From: Porphyridium purpureum
Lineage: Eukaryota
Assembly (NCBI GenBank): GCA_008690995.1
Contig: VRMN01000001.1
Coordinates: 1,798,001-1,862,000 of the forward strand
Direction: 5' to 3'
Length of the DNA stretch: 64,000 bases
In this document: positions 61,922 through 64,000 of the stretch, piece after piece
Position numbering within the stretch: position 1 is the stretch's first letter
Layout of the letters: each line of letters starts with the position of its first letter
Made by a program: the position numbers and the translations under genes
Notes under the pieces: generated by a model
Database searches by the model: none
Seen by the model: the letters and a program-made list of their open reading frames with translations, nothing else
What the model was told of the DNA's origin: nothing

Positions 61922-63076
61922 TTAAAAATCAGCGTCCAGAGTGAACACCTTGGAGTCCTTCTTGTCGTCCATCACACCGGCCTTTTGGTACTCTCCCACA
62001 CGCTTCTCAAAAAAGTTGGTCTTCCCTTCGAGCGAAATCAGCTCCATCCAGTCAAACGGGTTGCGGGCGTGGTAAACTTTTTCGTGCCCGAGGGACTGGA
62101 GCAGGCGGTCGGCGACAAACTCAATATATTGCGCCATAAGTTCGCTGTTCATCCCGATCAAGTCGCACGGCAGCGCGTCAATAATAAATTCCTTCTCGCA
62201 CGCAACAGCGCTCGTGATGATGTTGAGCACCGTTTCGTTCGGCAGCTTCTGCGGGCACATGCTGTACAAGAGGCACGCAAAGTCGCAGTGCAGACCCTCG
62301 TCTCGCGAAATCAGCTCATTGCTGAACGTGAGTCCAGGCATGAGCCCGCGCTTCTTGAGCCAAAAGATTGCGCAGAAAGAGCCGGAGAAAAAAATTCCTT
62401 CGACTGCGGCAAACGCGACCAGACGCTCTGCAAAGGATGCGTGCGATGAGATCCACGTCAAAGCCCACTCGGCCTTTTTCTTCACGCAGGGAATCTCTTC
62501 CATAGCGTGGAAGAGATGGTTCTTTTCCTCTGGGTCGGACACGTACGTGTCAATGAGCAAGGAGTACGTTTCCGAGTGGATGTTCTCCATCGCGATCTGG
62601 AAGCCATAAAAGCAGCGCGCTTCCGGGATCTGGACGTCCTTCGAGAAGCGCTCGCACAAATTCTCCAGAACGATTCCGTCCGATGCGGCGAAGAAGGCGA
62701 GCACATGCTTGATGAAGTGCTGCTCATCCTTGTTGAGCGATCGCCACTGCAGCAAGTCCGAGCTCAGGTCGATTTCCTCGGCGGTCCAGAAGGACGCCTC
62801 GTGCTTCTTGTACATTTTCCAGATGTCGTGGTGCCTGATCGGGAAAAGCGTGTACCGGTCGGCCGCATCCGCGCGGAACAAAGCTGGTACGTCCTCCCCC
62901 TCACGCGCCACTGCGCGGCTTCCATTGTTGGCCAGTGCGGACCGGCTCTCGTTGGCCGCAGCACTGACCTCCATCATTGAATCGTCTTTCCATACTACGC
63001 GTGTATCTGCCATCATATCCATCATCTCTTGTTCTCCGTTCACCGGTGCCACCACCATTTTTTTCATCGATGCCAT
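61922..63076 (-). CDS. RNR2: Ribonucleoside-diphosphate reductase small subunit
   Basis: [50 protein letters not shown] and C-terminal FTLDADF. Confidence 0.98.
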   Translation of the reverse strand: MASMKKMVVAPVNGEQEMMDMMADTRVVWKDDSMMEVSAAANESRSALANNGSRAVAREGEDVPALFRADAADRYTLFPIRHHDIWKMYKKHEASFWTAEEIDLSSDLLQWRSLNKDEQHFIKHVLAFFAASDGIVLENLCERFSKDVQIPEARCFYGFQIAMENIHSETYSLLIDTYVSDPEEKNHLFHAMEEIPCVKKKAEWALTWISSHASFAERLVAFAAVEGIFFSGSFCAIFWLKKRGLMPGLTFSNELISRDEGLHCDFACLLYSMCPQKLPNETVLNIITSAVACEKEFIIDALPCDLIGMNSELMAQYIEFVADRLLQSLGHEKVYHARNPFDWMELISLEGKTNFFEKRVGEYQKAGVMDDKKDSKVFTLDADF

Positions 63077-63470
63077 TTCCCGCGTTTCCTCAATTGCACG
63101 TGACGCCCCACACTGCTCCGTGCACCACTACAGCGTCCACGTCCTTGTTCTGGGATGCGGCACGACTCCCACGTCTTCGCAACCGGATGTGTCTCGAGCC
63201 CCTCCTACTTGTCACTCTCACGTATCGTCACCCTTTGGCACGATGAGCTCCTCTCGTGGGCGCGGAGCGACGTTTGCCAATCTTATATACCACGACAGAC
63301 CGACTCCCACACTGGTGTGGCGCGGAGTCCAATGCCGCAGACGGTCGATATCGTTGCCTGATTGCGCGCCAAAACGATGGAGGGGGCAAAGAGCTTCTTC
63401 CAATCCATCCACCGCGTTCGACACGAACACCACGTCGCAAGTTTCGCGACAAAAACCCCAGCTTTCGCGC
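63076..63470. promoter_or_regulatory. Cluster of E2F consensus sites upstream of RNR2
   Basis: TTTCCCGC at 63076-63083, GCGCCAAA (TTTGGCGC reversed) at 63366-63373 and TTTCGCGC at 63463-63470. All fit TTTSSCGC. Confidence 0.6.
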
Positions 63471-63623
63471 CACAACACTTGAACACAGCGGTTCCGTTCC
63501 GTGGGGTTCATATCAAAACGATCCCGTTTTGATATAAGAGCTGCCCCGACGACGCGCGCGCTTCTGCTGCTTCCATCACTGTACTTTCATGGGCTTTTCA
63601 ATTTTCAGTGGGGACCGGAAACT

Positions 63624-63653
63624 TGAGTACTGTGAGTACTGTGAGTACTGTGA
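63624..63653. repeat. 9-bp tandem repeat (TGAGTACTG)x3
   Basis: Direct sequence. Each unit contains the palindrome AGTACT. Confidence 0.8.
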
Positions 63654-64000
63654 CTGGAGTTGGGAAATCTCGCCTCAGCCCCGCTCAGAGTCGCCAACCC
63701 CAAGGCAGTTCTTCACATCATTGTTCAGGACAAAAGTTATCCAACCGGCACGACCGTGGTCGCCGCCCTGTGCATCAATCTATAATTTACGTGCGCGGTT
63801 GGGGTAGCGACAGACAGTTTGGTCGGGCTCTTGCCGCTCATCGACAATCGCAGCCACGCGGACGTGTTTGCCCAACTTCTTATCGGTTATAGATCACGGA
63901 GTGGCCAGTAAGCGGTTAGCCATTGCGCCGGTCTCCGTTCGTTTCCACCGTTTCCGTAGTGTTCACTTTAGTACAGCTGCCGGGGGTACACGTACTTGAG

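Overview
Compact eukaryotic nuclear DNA, moderately GC-rich, with about 31 apparently intron-less protein genes and mostly short spacers. Plastid-type transit peptides on SmpB and a CpcT/CpeT-like bilin lyase, nuclear NDUFS3/nad9 and the lack of introns point to a unicellular red alga such as Porphyridium; this is an inference. Most genes are housekeeping: NAR1, ArfGAP, CDPK, HAS1, RMND5, NOM1, MoaC, ProA, VID27, mitochondrial EF-Tu, TTC27, CMC1, NDUFS3 and RNR2. The accessory zone at about 28-46.6 kb holds the most unusual content. (1) A secreted trypsin-type protease is fused to a complete Hedgehog-type Hint autoprocessing domain with a hydrophobic tail. (2) A 2.4-kb tandem duplication carries two secreted Cys-rich proteins whose 141-aa C-terminal domain keeps the Hint landmarks (leading Cys, TxxH, G-x-[FY]-N, terminal hydroxyl-aromatic strand) in shortened form. 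This domain is a candidate undescribed Hint-like autoprocessing or surface-anchoring module. Other observations are a bZIP lacking the invariant Asn, a UBL-IPT fusion, a FANCE-like gene, a probable pseudo-metallophosphoesterase, two orphan proteins with cell-cycle or PP2A-B56 motifs, E2F sites upstream of RNR2, an 18-bp minisatellite and GAAACC promoter arrays. No rRNA, tRNA, CRISPR array or intact transposon could be supported. All assignments come from motif recognition by eye; no searches were run.
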